Source of the DNA: Nemertoderma westbladi
Lineage: Eukaryota; Animalia; Xenacoelomorpha
Direction: 5' to 3'
DNA length: 64,000 nucleotides
Assembly: GCA_032718475.1 (NCBI GenBank)
Contig: JAUCBJ010002852.1
Span: 1-64,000 of the forward strand
Shown: piece by piece, positions 41,306 to 53,300 of the stretch
How the letters are laid out: the number at the start of each line of letters is the position of its first letter
How positions within the stretch are numbered: the stretch's first letter is position 1
Made by a program: the position numbers and the translations under genes
Notes under the pieces: generated by a model
The model's input: the letters and a program-made list of their open reading frames with translations, nothing else
Databases searched by the model: none
What the model was told of the DNA's origin: nothing

Positions 41306-44300
41306 CTAGAAAATAAACAAAAATAAAAATATAATAGATAAGAAAATGAAGCCATTTATAGTACGTTCTGTGTCTAAATAAGGTCTAATGACGGTGCAAT
41401 ACTTATATGCTATAATACTGATCAAGGATGTTATTACGTTACGTTACGGTATCTTTTCAGGAATACCGTAGCTCAATATTTTTCCGTAACGTAAACCGTA
41501 ACGTAATAGCTTTTTCAATACCGTAACGTAATTTTACTGTATATTCTTTCCGTAAACCGTAACGTAATAGCGTAATATTTGTTTAAGCTACCAAGCATTT
41601 TAATCATTTTGGACAAAAAAGTAAACCTTTCAACAAAAAACTTTCACTTTCACTACCATGTTCTAGCTATTCAATATAAAGCTAAATGCTTTAATAGGTT
41701 TTGTTTGTCTGTACACGGTCTTCTTATAGCCAGCTTCCTGGCTTCTCCAGTTCTTTATGATGAAGTTTTAATTAATAATTAATTAATAGTTAAATTAAGT
41801 TTTAAGTAAACATTAAGTTTTAATTAATGTTAGGCTAACTAGGGCTACTGACTGAACTATTTATACTGAGTCTCTGCTCTATCCTAGCTGTAGCCTATAA
41901 CAACGCAGTATGCTGTAATGCTATAGAGACATACTATAGAAATTCGGTCGCATATTTGAATTGTAATGGATATTGTTATGCAGAGCCGATTGCCTTGTGT
42001 CAAGGTGTGCGACAAGGTGGAGTCCTATCCCCACTACTATTCAACTATTACATGACGGATTTAATTACTGAAATAGTGGAGAGCGGCCTAGAAGTTCACA
42101 TAGCAAGGGAATCTTTTGCCATTTTAACATATGCAGATGATTTACTGCTGCTTGCTACACTTAAATCAGATTTACAGGAAATGCTGCAATTATCGAGCTG
42201 CTTCCTCGAGAAACACAACATGAAATTGAACTTCTCAAAATGTCACTTTCTATCCATAGAAACAGATGGCAGGTGTTCTACTAATGATAGCATAACCTTC
42301 TGCGGTAAAGTAGTAGATGCGGCTGATGGTTGTTTTTATATGGGTCTCCCGCTACCTTCACATCGGAATAGGCGCAAAGATCATCTCAACACCAAAGTTT
42401 GGTCTAACCTTTCTATGTTAAAAAATCGGGGTCTAACTGTGGATCAAATAACGCTTAAAATCTCCAGCTTAGTTTGGCGTATGATATGTCTACCCTCTAT
42501 ATCATATGGGGCTCTAGCCTTATCCAACAATGAACTGACTGAAGTTGCAAGCAGCTGTAGGTCTGCCATGAGGGATATTATACACTTAAAGAGCTACATG
42601 CCAAATGCAGTGTTAGCTCAACTTTTTGACGACTTACTAACTTTCGAGGACTATATAATACATTTAACACCTCCAATAAAAAGATATCTTCTTTCTTTGG
42701 GTCTTTACTGTGTGACCACTGGACAGACGAGGATAATAAAGACTCAATTTTTACTCTTTATCAGATGTCCAGCTGGTATCATGACTTGCCACCACTGAAT
42801 TCACTAGCTGTGCATCTACTCCCCTCAACACTGCATACAAAAACGGAAGAAAGAGTTGCAGCACCAAATCACTGATCGTGATATGTTCCTCACGCTGATT
42901 AATCTATCTCTCCTCAACAGGCCAGACATATGTCACTGAGAAAGGAGGTTTTGCAAGAGACTAATAAGATGGTCTTGGTGGGCTTATAACTTCTGTTTTC
43001 GCTGGACATACTTATTTAGTTAACTGCACATTCATTTCAAGTATTATTTTAATGCAATTTTAATGTGAATCCTTTTCAGCTAACTGCACATTTAATTCAG
43101 TTTAATATTTAAATGCAATTTTAATGTGAACCGTTTATTGTGGTTCTCTTTTACATATACTCTGCGTCTGCTCTATACATCAGATGTTAACTGCACATTC
43201 ATTTCAAGTAATATTTTAATGCAATTGTAATGTGAATGCTTTTCAGCTAACTGCACATTTAATTCAGTTTAATACTTAAATGCAATTTTAATGTGAACCG
43301 TTTATTGTGGTTCTCTTTTACTAATTATGACTCTAATATAGCCGCCGGGGCGCAAGCCGGATAATAATAATAATAATAATAGATCATAGATTTACAGAAC
43401 AGGTCAACAGGTTACATTGTAGGCGTACCTAAAGGTCTACCGCTACCTGTACGTCTTATTATGACAACCTATTACAACACAAGCCAAGCCGTTCTACCAA
43501 TAAATTTAAAGTTATATTTTTGTTAAGTTAATTTGCAATTTCAAAACATTGAAACTATAATTTTCAGATTTTCAGACAAAGATAGCAGGGGCAGGATACG
43601 ATACGATACGATACGATACGATACGATACGATACGATACGATACGATACGATACGATACGATACGATACGATACGATACGATACGATACGATACGATACG
43701 ATACGATACGATACGATACGATACGAACCAATTTTTCACAATACAGAATGCAAATTTGAGAAAATACGATACGATACGAAAAAACCAAGATGCGATACAG
43801 AATACGAAAAAGTTTCGTATTTTTTTCGTATCGTATTTTATCTAATAGTTGATAAAAAATATGTATTGTAATTTGTATTACACTTAGAAAATAATATAAA
43901 TCTCTATAGAATAGGCAAGTATTTTTTATTTCATTGTTCCAGTATGCTTGCTACAGCAATAGTGTGTCTACTGTCTACAACATCCATAAGTTATGCAACG
44001 GGGCCCAATAGTTGGAATTACCATTTTATTACCAATATGCCACACTTTATGCGTACTGTACTACTGCACTTAGTCCTACTGCCGTTATTTATTGAATAAT
44101 TTTGAATTGGATGTACCAATGTGAAAAAAATTCAAAACTGCAATTTCGAAGTCAAACTAATAGAAGAATAAAACTATGTTTTATTTCAAAACAAATGTTT
44201 TTATTCTTAAATTGTCGAATAAGCTCGAATTTAGACCAAAATAGGGAGAAAAAGTTTCACTTTTTTTTCCTAGGGAAAAGAAGTAACCCATAGGATTGCA

Positions 44301-47300
44301 TTGATTTTACTTTTTTTCCCGGCTTAAATTTTATTAAATGTGTTGAAAGAGCATTAACGTAGAAATGGTTTGCACGTTATTTGAGCAAAATCCATTAACA
44401 CACTCAAAAGTTATTGCAACTTTAGTGTTTGTGCGGCGAACATACCAATATTAGTTTATGTTGTTAAGCGGCTCTCTAGTTACGTAATAAATATTCGAGA
44501 ACACTAAATTATTTAACATTGAGTAAGGCAGCATCAGGAGTTGAATAGTCCAGTAATTTGAATTGCAGTAACTATGGAAGCAATATAGTAAAATACTATA
44601 GTTCAATTTATTTTGTACTGTCACTATATCTCTGTACGTTTTATTAAAGAATTAAGTAATAATAATAATAATATTTAATCATTTGTATAGCGCCAACATT
44701 ACCGGTAGTATTCTATGGCGCTAATCAGAGTTAGGTTAGTCAATTTAAATAAAAAGAAAACCGCGTAGAGTACATAATTAAGAAAAGTAAAAACAAAGTT
44801 TTTTAAAAACGATCGGCTAAAAATGAGTCTATTTTATAGGTGGGTGGGTAAACAGGTGAGTCTTTAGTTTTCCTTTGAATGATGCCTTAGACTGGATATC
44901 ACGTAGCGAAGCCGGTAGTTTGTTCCACAGCCGGGGCGCGCATACCTCGAACGCCCGCCACCCGAGAGTGTAGCACTGGAACCGTGGTTCGACGAGACTT
45001 ACTGTGCTACAACTTCTAGTTTGGAGGCGATCGCGACTAACTTTATGGAGCATTTCGATTATATATTTGGGAGCGTGGCCGACCAAGGCCTTGTGCGTCA
45101 TCAGCAGTATTTTAAATTCTACACGTTTGCGCACAGGCAGCCAGTGGAGGGATTTCAACGTCGGCGATATATGGTCGTATTTGTGTACACCTGTAAGCAA
45201 CCTAGCAGCTGTGTTTTGTACACGTTGGAGTTTCTGTAATTGGTAGCTTGGGACTCCATAGAGAAGGGCGTTACAGTAGTCTATGCGGCTAGTCACGAGA
45301 GCATGTATAATTGTTTCTGCGGCCTTAGTGTCGAGATATTTCCGAATTGAGCGAATGTTGTGCAGGTAGTAAGTATAAGTAGTATGCGGCGCTGCATGTT
45401 TTAGATATAAATTTATTCATTCTCATCTCGGAGTCGAACCAGGCTCCAAGGTTTCTGACCGATTTAACCGGTTCGATATCAAAGTTTCCAACGCGAATTG
45501 AGATTGAGGACAGCTTACTCAATTGAGATTTCGATCCGAGCAAGATAAATTCAGTCTTGTCGTCGTTTAGCTTGAGCCGATGTTTTAATAACCAGCTGCG
45601 CATCTCCGCGATGCAGGCTTCCATGGACTCTATGGCTGCTCTTTCGTTAGACGATGTTAATGGTTGGGAGGAGCAGTAGACCTGATGGTCATCAGCAAAA
45701 CCGTGGCCAGCCAATGGTAAATGGTGCTGTATTACCTCCAAGAGGCCAGCACTGTAGTTGGGGAAAAGTGTGCATGATAAGCATGATCCTTGAGGGAAAC
45801 CATATTCCAGTAGCTGATCGTCGGATGTGGCCCCTAACGTGGCTACTCGTTGGACTCGTCGGCCAGATAGGAAGGGCCGGAACCATTTGAGACAGGTGCC
45901 GCAGATATGAAGGCGATTTCGAAGGACGTTCATCAGTCGAGTGTGATCTACAGTATCGAAAGCGGCGCTGAGGTCAAGTAACACAAGTAAAGTTATTTGT
46001 TTGTTATCCATGTTTCGGAGAATATCGGATTGGACTTTGATGAGGGCCGTTTCGGTACTATGATGTTTCCTATACGCCGATTGAAATATTGGCAATTGGT
46101 AATAGGTGTCAATGTGTGGCTGAACTTGAGCTATTACTGCCCTCTCAGTTATCTTTGAGATAAAAGCTATGCCACTACCTGGGCGAAAGTTCTTGTTTTT
46201 AACAGTTTTAATTGCATTTGTTGACCGATCTGAGGAAGGTTTTTTCGGTATTGGTGCAATTGTCCCAATTTTCCACAGTGGCGGGACCACTCCAGTCTCC
46301 AGTGATTGATTGACCATGGTAGTAATAGGCCGAATGAGAGCCGGTACACAAGACTTCAGTAACTGCGTCGGTAGGGGATCCTGTGGACATTGTTTATTCG
46401 GTGCAGTATTGACCAGTTTCGTAACTTCTTCTGCAGACAGAGTGTTAAAATTACTTACATAAGGATGCTGACGTGTCATCTGGGATTACTACATGGTCGT
46501 TTCCAATGACGTCTCCGTCGTCATTTGCAGCTGCTGCGTTATCCAGTTCAGCACGTATGAGTTTAATCTTGGAATCGAAGTAATCTGCGAAATTGTTGGC
46601 AAGTTCTAGAGCATTATTATGTTGTGGGTATTTAATCACTTGATTTTGCTTAGATAATGATTTTATTACATTAAATAGCTTCTTTTGGTCACCTGAGGAT
46701 GCGCCGATTAATCCACGATAGTATTCCTGGCGATCAGTTGTTAGTTTTTTTGCGTATATGTTTCGAATTTCTTTAAACTTAACTTTATCTTCTATTTTAC
46801 CAGTTTTACACCACCTTTTTTCTGCTTTACGACGCTGTTGTTTTAGGCGGCGCGCCTCATGGCTGAACCACTTGTTCCCATCTCGTAGTCTAGTTGCTTT
46901 CGATTTTAAAGGGGCGTGTTTATCAATCAGTTTCGAAATTGTAAAATTATAAAGTTCGGATTTATTTACAATTGATAGATCGTCGAAACTAGGCTGACAT
47001 AGTACCGATGATGTTATATCGTGTTTGAAATTGTTCAAGTTAATTTTTCCGATATTTCGATATTGAACATTGGTTAAGTTTGCAGATGGTTTTGGGATAT
47101 CAATACAGCAACTAACAACTGCATGGTCGGATATAAAATAGGAGGGTTCGTCAACCGTGATGTTTAACTCGTGGCAGTTCCGTGTGAGAATGAGATCCAA
47201 TGTGTTACCTGACTCGTGGGTTGGCCAATGAAGATGCTGTTCTAATCCCATACACTCTATAAGGTCAATGAACTTAAGGGAATTTGTATCCGTTTGATTG

Positions 47301-50300
47301 TTCACATGAATGTTGAAGTCACCTAGGAACAATAGACGCTCTTGTCGAGCTATGTAGCATTCGATAAACAATGGAAAATCCTCAAAGAACATAGAACAAG
47401 TAGTCGGGTGGTTTGTGCTGTAAGGGGGGGCGATAAATGATTATTAACAAGATATGAATTTGTGATTGTTGAAGTTGCCAAACTGAGTATTCGAATGAAC
47501 GTTTCTCTCCACCATTAAGTTGTTCAATTTTATAGGTACCTCGTAAGATAATGCCTGTTCCACCGGCATGGTTTCTTACACGTGGAAAATCGATCATTTG
47601 GTATCCATCAGGGGAACATAGCCTCTTTACTGCATCGTCATCCGTTCTCAGCCAAGTTTCAGTAAGAACACAAACATCAACGCTATTTGTGGTTAGATAT
47701 TCGACGATTTCGGCGCTTTTATTTCGGACTGATCTTGGATTCATTAAGCATAGCCTAGTAGACAGTCCTTTATTAGGAATGTTGCTGTTGACGCGGCCGA
47801 TGCAGCCCCGAGCCGCGGTAGTCACATCTGGGGGCGGCGTGGGCGCGGTCGACGCAACCGGGGGCAGCGTGGGCGCAGTCAACGCAGCCGGGGGCAGCGT
47901 GGGCGCGGTCAACGCAGCCGGGGGCGGCGTGGGTGCGGTCAACGCAGCCAGGGGCGGCGTGGGCATGGTCAACGCAGCCGGGGGCGGCGTGGGTGCGGTC
48001 AACGCAGCCAGGGTCGGCGTGGGCGCAGTCAACGCAGCCGGGGGCGGCGTGGGTGCGGTCAACGCAGCCAGGGTCGGCGTGGGCGCAGTCAACGCAGCCG
48101 GGGGCAGCGTGGGCGCGGTCAACGCAGCCGGGGGCGGCGTGGGTGCGGTCAACGCAGCCAGGGGCGGCGTGGGCATGGTCAACGCAGCCGGGGGCAGCGT
48201 GGGCGCGGTCAGCGCAGCCGGGAGTGGCGAGGGCGTGGTCGACGCAGCCGGGTGCAGCATGGGCGCGGTCAACGCAGCCGGGGTCGGCGTGGGCGTGGTC
48301 AACGCAGCCGGGGGCGGCGTGGGCGCGGTCAACGCAGCCGGGGGCGGCGTGGGCGCGGTCAACGCAGCCAGGGGCGGCGTGGGCGCGGTCAACGCAGCCA
48401 GGGGCGGCGTGGGCGCGGTCAATGCAGCCAGGGGCGGCGTGGGGCGGCATGGGCGTGGTCAACACAGCCGGTGGCGGAGTGGGCGTGGTCAACGCAGCTG
48501 GGGGCGATGTGGGCGCGGTCAACGCAAGCGGGGGCGGCGTCGGCGTGGCCCCAAGTCAATCAATAGCAACACACCGAGTCAGGGATAAATGGTTTAAGGT
48601 TAGCTGAGCGGCGCGGTCTGATCTATAGATGGTCCGAGGTCCGTGAGCGGCAGAGCCCGTAGACTGGTCGAATGGGAGCGCGTTGCTATCAGTAGGTTCC
48701 ACCGAATGTGGGTTCAGCCGTGATGCTTCGATTACTTTGCCCCGTGATATAATCCAGTGTTTGTTTGGTTGGGAAGTCTGTAGTCTCCGGCGCTCTTCCC
48801 TTAGCTGGTATTGTAGTTTAGATTCGGCGGGGGTGTAGTCAGGCGAGAGGTACATATTGTTGTAGCACTGAGTTTGGCGTAGGTCGCGAGCCTTCCGAAG
48901 TAGGACAGCCCTCTTATCTTGAGGCAATGTGACTACAAGAGGCCGAGTACCGTTGTCCTTGACCTTCCCCACACGTCTGGTTGAAATTTCAGAAGGAAAC
49001 AAGTCGATGTTTATCGAGTTAGCTATGTCTATTACAAGTTTTTTATCATCTTCTTCTACTTTGGCTCCACTAACAACGATATTACATATGCGCCGGTTTT
49101 GTTCATCTTCCTCTTCCTTAACTTTACGTGCTAGAAGAGCGAGGTTATCTGAATCATTTCTATGTTTAGCATTACGTTTAGAGCGTTTGGAAGGGGCATC
49201 AGTCCATTCACCCTCGTCAACTATAACTGAGAGCGACTCGTCTTGGATTACACCAACTTTCTTTTGGATATCTTCCACGCTGGTCATGAACTCTATTCGT
49301 AGTTCCTTCATTCTGGAGTTCACAAGTTGCCTGGTGTCATTTACCGTTTGTTCTAGCTTGTTCGATTTAAGCAGAACGCTATCAAATTGTTGTTGAAGTT
49401 CTAGAAATTTGTCATCGGTACGCGATTCAAACTGCTCCAAGTCTTTCGTTGTGCGAGACAGGCGGTTCCCAACGCATCCGCCGCAATAAAAATCTACGCA
49501 TCCGAAGTCGGTCCCATTCGGGGCGATACAGATCATAGAAATATTGCAGTTCGCTCCGGAGCAGCATACTTCAATCTCTTCGTGGCCGTCGGTTCGTGAT
49601 GTCGGCAGAGGCTGGTTAGCGTTCGGTGTCTTATTATCCCGCTTCCTTGTTGTCGGTTGGACGTTTGCAGCAGCAGCGGTTTGTCGACGATGAGCCGACG
49701 CAGTACTATTCCGCCGCCATCCGCAGTTGATTTCAAGAACGACATCAGGTATTATCAGCAATAAATTGATACTTTATTTATGTATGATTATTAAGCAGAT
49801 TAAAATTAATTTATTAAAGTAATTAAAAAGTACCGGTACTAAAGTAGCCCATCAACATGAATTTAAAATAAAATATATTATTCTTGAATAATACTGTAGT
49901 TTAGCAATTTATTTTTAAAATTTAACTTATTGCGCAACAGCTGTTAGCGATGTTAAGCAACAAAAAAGTACCAATTTAAGAATACAAATGCGTATTACAT
50001 GGGGAAAAAAACGTAGAACATTGTTTTATTCAATATTATCTCGAGCTCGACCCTTTATTAACCTCGCTGGTGCTCGGTAAATACAATGACACGAGAATAA
50101 TGAAAAAAAGTTCTACTTTTTTCCCATGTAATAAATAATTATATTTATCTACTCTTATTCTCTCACTAGAATGCCGTTATCATAATATCAATCTTATAGG
50201 CGCGACTAGAGTTCTCCTCACTAGTTTATTTAAACTGAATTTAGATTATATTTCAGTGGTCTATTTTTATCGTTATTCTACAGTTAAGTTAATTACCATG

Positions 50301-53300
50301 TGATTAACGATCCTCCGGTCTTACACATTTTATTGACATAATAAAACTATAAGCTGTAACCTATTTTATACGCCTATTTTGAGTAATAAATTGTAAGTAA
50401 ATGGTTATGATATCTGGTTTGACTGTTGAAAACATTAATATTTACAAAATAATAAGATACGAAAATCCGATACGAAATACAAAGAATATTTATTCGTATT
50501 ATACGATACGAAGTCAATTTTTAGGATACGAAACGAATAAAATACTGAGAAACGAAAATCCGTTTTCGTATCGTATCGTATCCTGTCCCTGAAAAATAGG
50601 ATGAAACTTTAAATATCTCTTTGTGGTCCTATGGAATCGGAACCGGTTATTACGTTACGGTATTTTCGGTAATACGATATTATTTTTTTCGGAATACAGT
50701 AACGTAACGTAATTTGGAAATTATTCCGTAATGTAATATCGTAACGTAAAAAATTCAGTTTTTTAACCGTAACGTAACGTAATACCGTAACGTAAGGTAA
50801 CGTAAAACATCCTTGATACTGATTATCAATAAAACTACTACTACTACTAATGGCCGACTGAGGTATCGCAACGATTGTGAGTAAGAAGCAATGTGGAGGA
50901 GAGAGTAGAAAATATAAGAAGAAATGAAAATAAGGAACTTTTTGCCCTTGAAAACACTTCTTTTACAATTGACTTCGCCGCATTAAGTTACGTATGCTGG
51001 GTGAGCAGCGGTCTTTAAACACACCTAACTGCACGTAGGCCTAACTGCAAAGGTTGCTGCAACTAATGTATTGTATTACCTGCGAGGCCGTTGCGTGGGT
51101 CGTATTGAGCGTCGCAATATTCCCGTTCCACGGATCGCAAAGACGACGCATTGTAACCCTCCCGCAATACTGGGTAATCATCTCGTTGCGTCGGGGTTTT
51201 ATTCTTTCTATATCTCTTGTAGAACAATCCCTCCAACAACGCCATCACAAATCCTAACACGTTACCTAAGAAAAAGTTTAGTCATAAAGGCTAGTAAATA
51301 CTTACTAAGTAGGACCTAGATTTTACAACAAACTACCCATCCATTACAGGCGCCTGTAGTAGTGGTACGGTAGCTAATATACCGCAAATAATAAAAAATA
51401 CTTCAACAACAATATTACATTTATTACTAAATTTTAATTTTCGAGTTACGTGGATTTACCTTAAAAATTTTATCCGGGGCCCTCCATCCCTATATTTACT
51501 TATATTACATCATGAAAATTATATAAATTTCCCCAGCTGTTCCTAAGCGCCCGGCGAACAATGTCATTTAAACATTGAGTGACGCGCGGAGGTCTGCCGA
51601 GGCTCCTGGTGCTGGAGATGCGGTCTGGCAGACCATCCTTGCCACACCGGGCACAGCTGTTGGGCTCAGTCAGCTTGCAACCCAGACGAGTGCCGAAAGA
51701 GATGTAGAACTGAGTTCACCAGCTTCATTCCCAGAGTGCTGATGGGGATGGCGTCGAGCCAGAAGGGTGGTCGAGGGAGTTTATAAATAAATAAATATCA
51801 ATAAAATATTTTCATAAATATAATCATAAAAATGTAACCCTTAATATAACTATAGTTATTATTTTACGATTTCTCATACATTACTATAACGTAAAAAAAA
51901 TATAAGTTGTATTGGCCGGAAATTACGAACAAATTATTACAATAACAATAACAAATCACACTGACGACTCAATTGCCGTGCGGCGCATCCAGAACAATTA
52001 ATAAGCCCAATACAGCAAGCAAAGTGGAATTTAGGTTGTTTGCGTTGACAATTCTCACAAATACCCCTTAATTGAATCAACTACAGGTGCGTCTTCGTCT
52101 GTAAGAATCCTTCTCAATTTGTATGAGTAAGGTGTTCGTTCAACCGGTACAGTAGAAAGTTTAAGGAAATTAACTCACCAAATATTAGCACATAGAATAC
52201 ACCGGCGACATTCTTCAAGCCGATACCCTCAGCTCCCCCCTGTTTGGTACCCCCGTCGTCAGGACATGTGACGCCCTGAGGTTCAAACCACTCTTTCTTC
52301 ATTCTTTCTAATTCTCCATTCTCTTGCAGTTTCAATATTCTGAAAAATAAAAAAAAATAAAAGAAATTAATTAAAGAATTAATTAATCTAAATTGATTGA
52401 GGTTTTCATAAATTAAAAAGTTTGGAACATCTTCACGAGATGCGCTTTTAATGTGTTGATTTATTTCGACATAAACTGGGAATTTAATGATGACATTGTT
52501 AAGCTGTTCTAAACGAACATTTTAGAATGGCATTCAAAAATATGTACCAGCGGCATAGACTGTCTGCATTACCGGTACCATGTACTGTATGTATGCATGT
52601 ATAAACGTTGATTTCTCTAACCAAATAGAAGTTAATATTATAAAATAAAGTAGGAACTACAGTAGAGTACTAACTGTTCAGTACAACTAAAACTAACTCT
52701 GAATTAATCGCTTCTCTGTATGGGAATCCTCTCTGCAACGCAATGCCGTAGCCTTTCAACAGAAAAGGGTTCCCAACTGTCGTATACGAACAATTCTTCG
52801 CTTTAATCCAATTCAGCACCGGCGCATCCCACAAAAATGCGTAATTATTGCGGCTAAAAACTCTAAAATCAACAATTATTATTAAAAAATAAATTGTGAA
52901 AGGCCTAAATATAGCATTTGCAATTTTTCCCATTACATTTATTGAGATACATCGATAAGTTAATAAAACAAGGGATGTACTTTCCAACAACATTGTCATT
53001 TTACACAAAATTTAACTTTTTCTGACCATAAATTTTACTCACGATCGTAAACTGTAGTATCATTGTTTTCAGTACTGTATTACAGTACCGGTATGTATGG
53101 TGTGGTAGTAAAGAGCTAAGAACGTTACAGAGACAAGATAAAGGAACCAAAACAATAAAGAAGGTTAAATGAGTGCAAAATAATTTTAGTTAAAATTATA
53201 TGTATTTATTTACAGTATAATAATATTATTGCACTCCTTCCTTGGATCCTCTAGGGTTAACGAGTCGCAGTTTCGTGCTACAGTAGTTTGGTCGGGTTTT

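Larger units (their letters stand above)
44657..49810 (-). mobile_element. Near full-length L2/CR1-group LINE: ORF1 plus frameshifted APE-RT ORF2, 3' stem-loop and (TAT)n tail
   Basis: ORF1 48556-49761; ORF2 pieces 47382-48422, 46451-47392, 45325-46479, 44829-45296. The 3' end reads agcgcc...ggcgctatacaaat...(tat)n. 5' boundary uncertain (49800-49950). Confidence 0.93.
44335..50135. mobile_element. Second, inverted copy of element C, split into 44335-44635 and 49950-50135 by the LINE insertion
   Basis: The two halves are collinear with the reverse complement of 34340-34870. Confidence 0.7.
43586..50591. mobile_element. hAT-like non-autonomous TIR element B nested in element A
   Basis: TIRs caggggcaggatacgatacg / cgtatcgtatcctgtccctg. 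8-bp TSD aaagatag (43578-43585) vs aaaaatag (50592-50599), one mismatch. Subterminal gatacga motifs. Confidence 0.82.
41423..50815. mobile_element. hAT-like non-autonomous TIR element A (outer shell of the nested insertion)
   Basis: TIRs caaggatgttattacgttacg / cgtaaggtaacgtaaaacatccttg. Perfect 8-bp TSD atactgat at 41415-41422 and 50816-50823. Subterminal cgtaa/gttac pentamers at both ends. Confidence 0.88.

Noticed and set aside
36617-41326. 1400-1570 aa ORFs over the 54-bp array
   Set aside because: Alternative frames of the repeat. The frame that links to the spliced gene is the one with a stop in every unit.
41455-41480. Possible origin of the 42-bp satellite from element A (ggaataccgtagctcaa resembles ggaatacc...gtaactcaa)
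   Set aside because: The match is too short and gapped to support.
47551-48607. Gly/Ala- and Arg/Gly-rich antisense ORFs
   Set aside because: Alternative frames of the 30-bp repeat inside the LINE.
44641-49826. ttattaaag(t)aattaa as the TSD of the large LINE
   Set aside because: Imperfect and AT-rich, and element C homology resumes only at ~49950, so the 5' boundary is unresolved.
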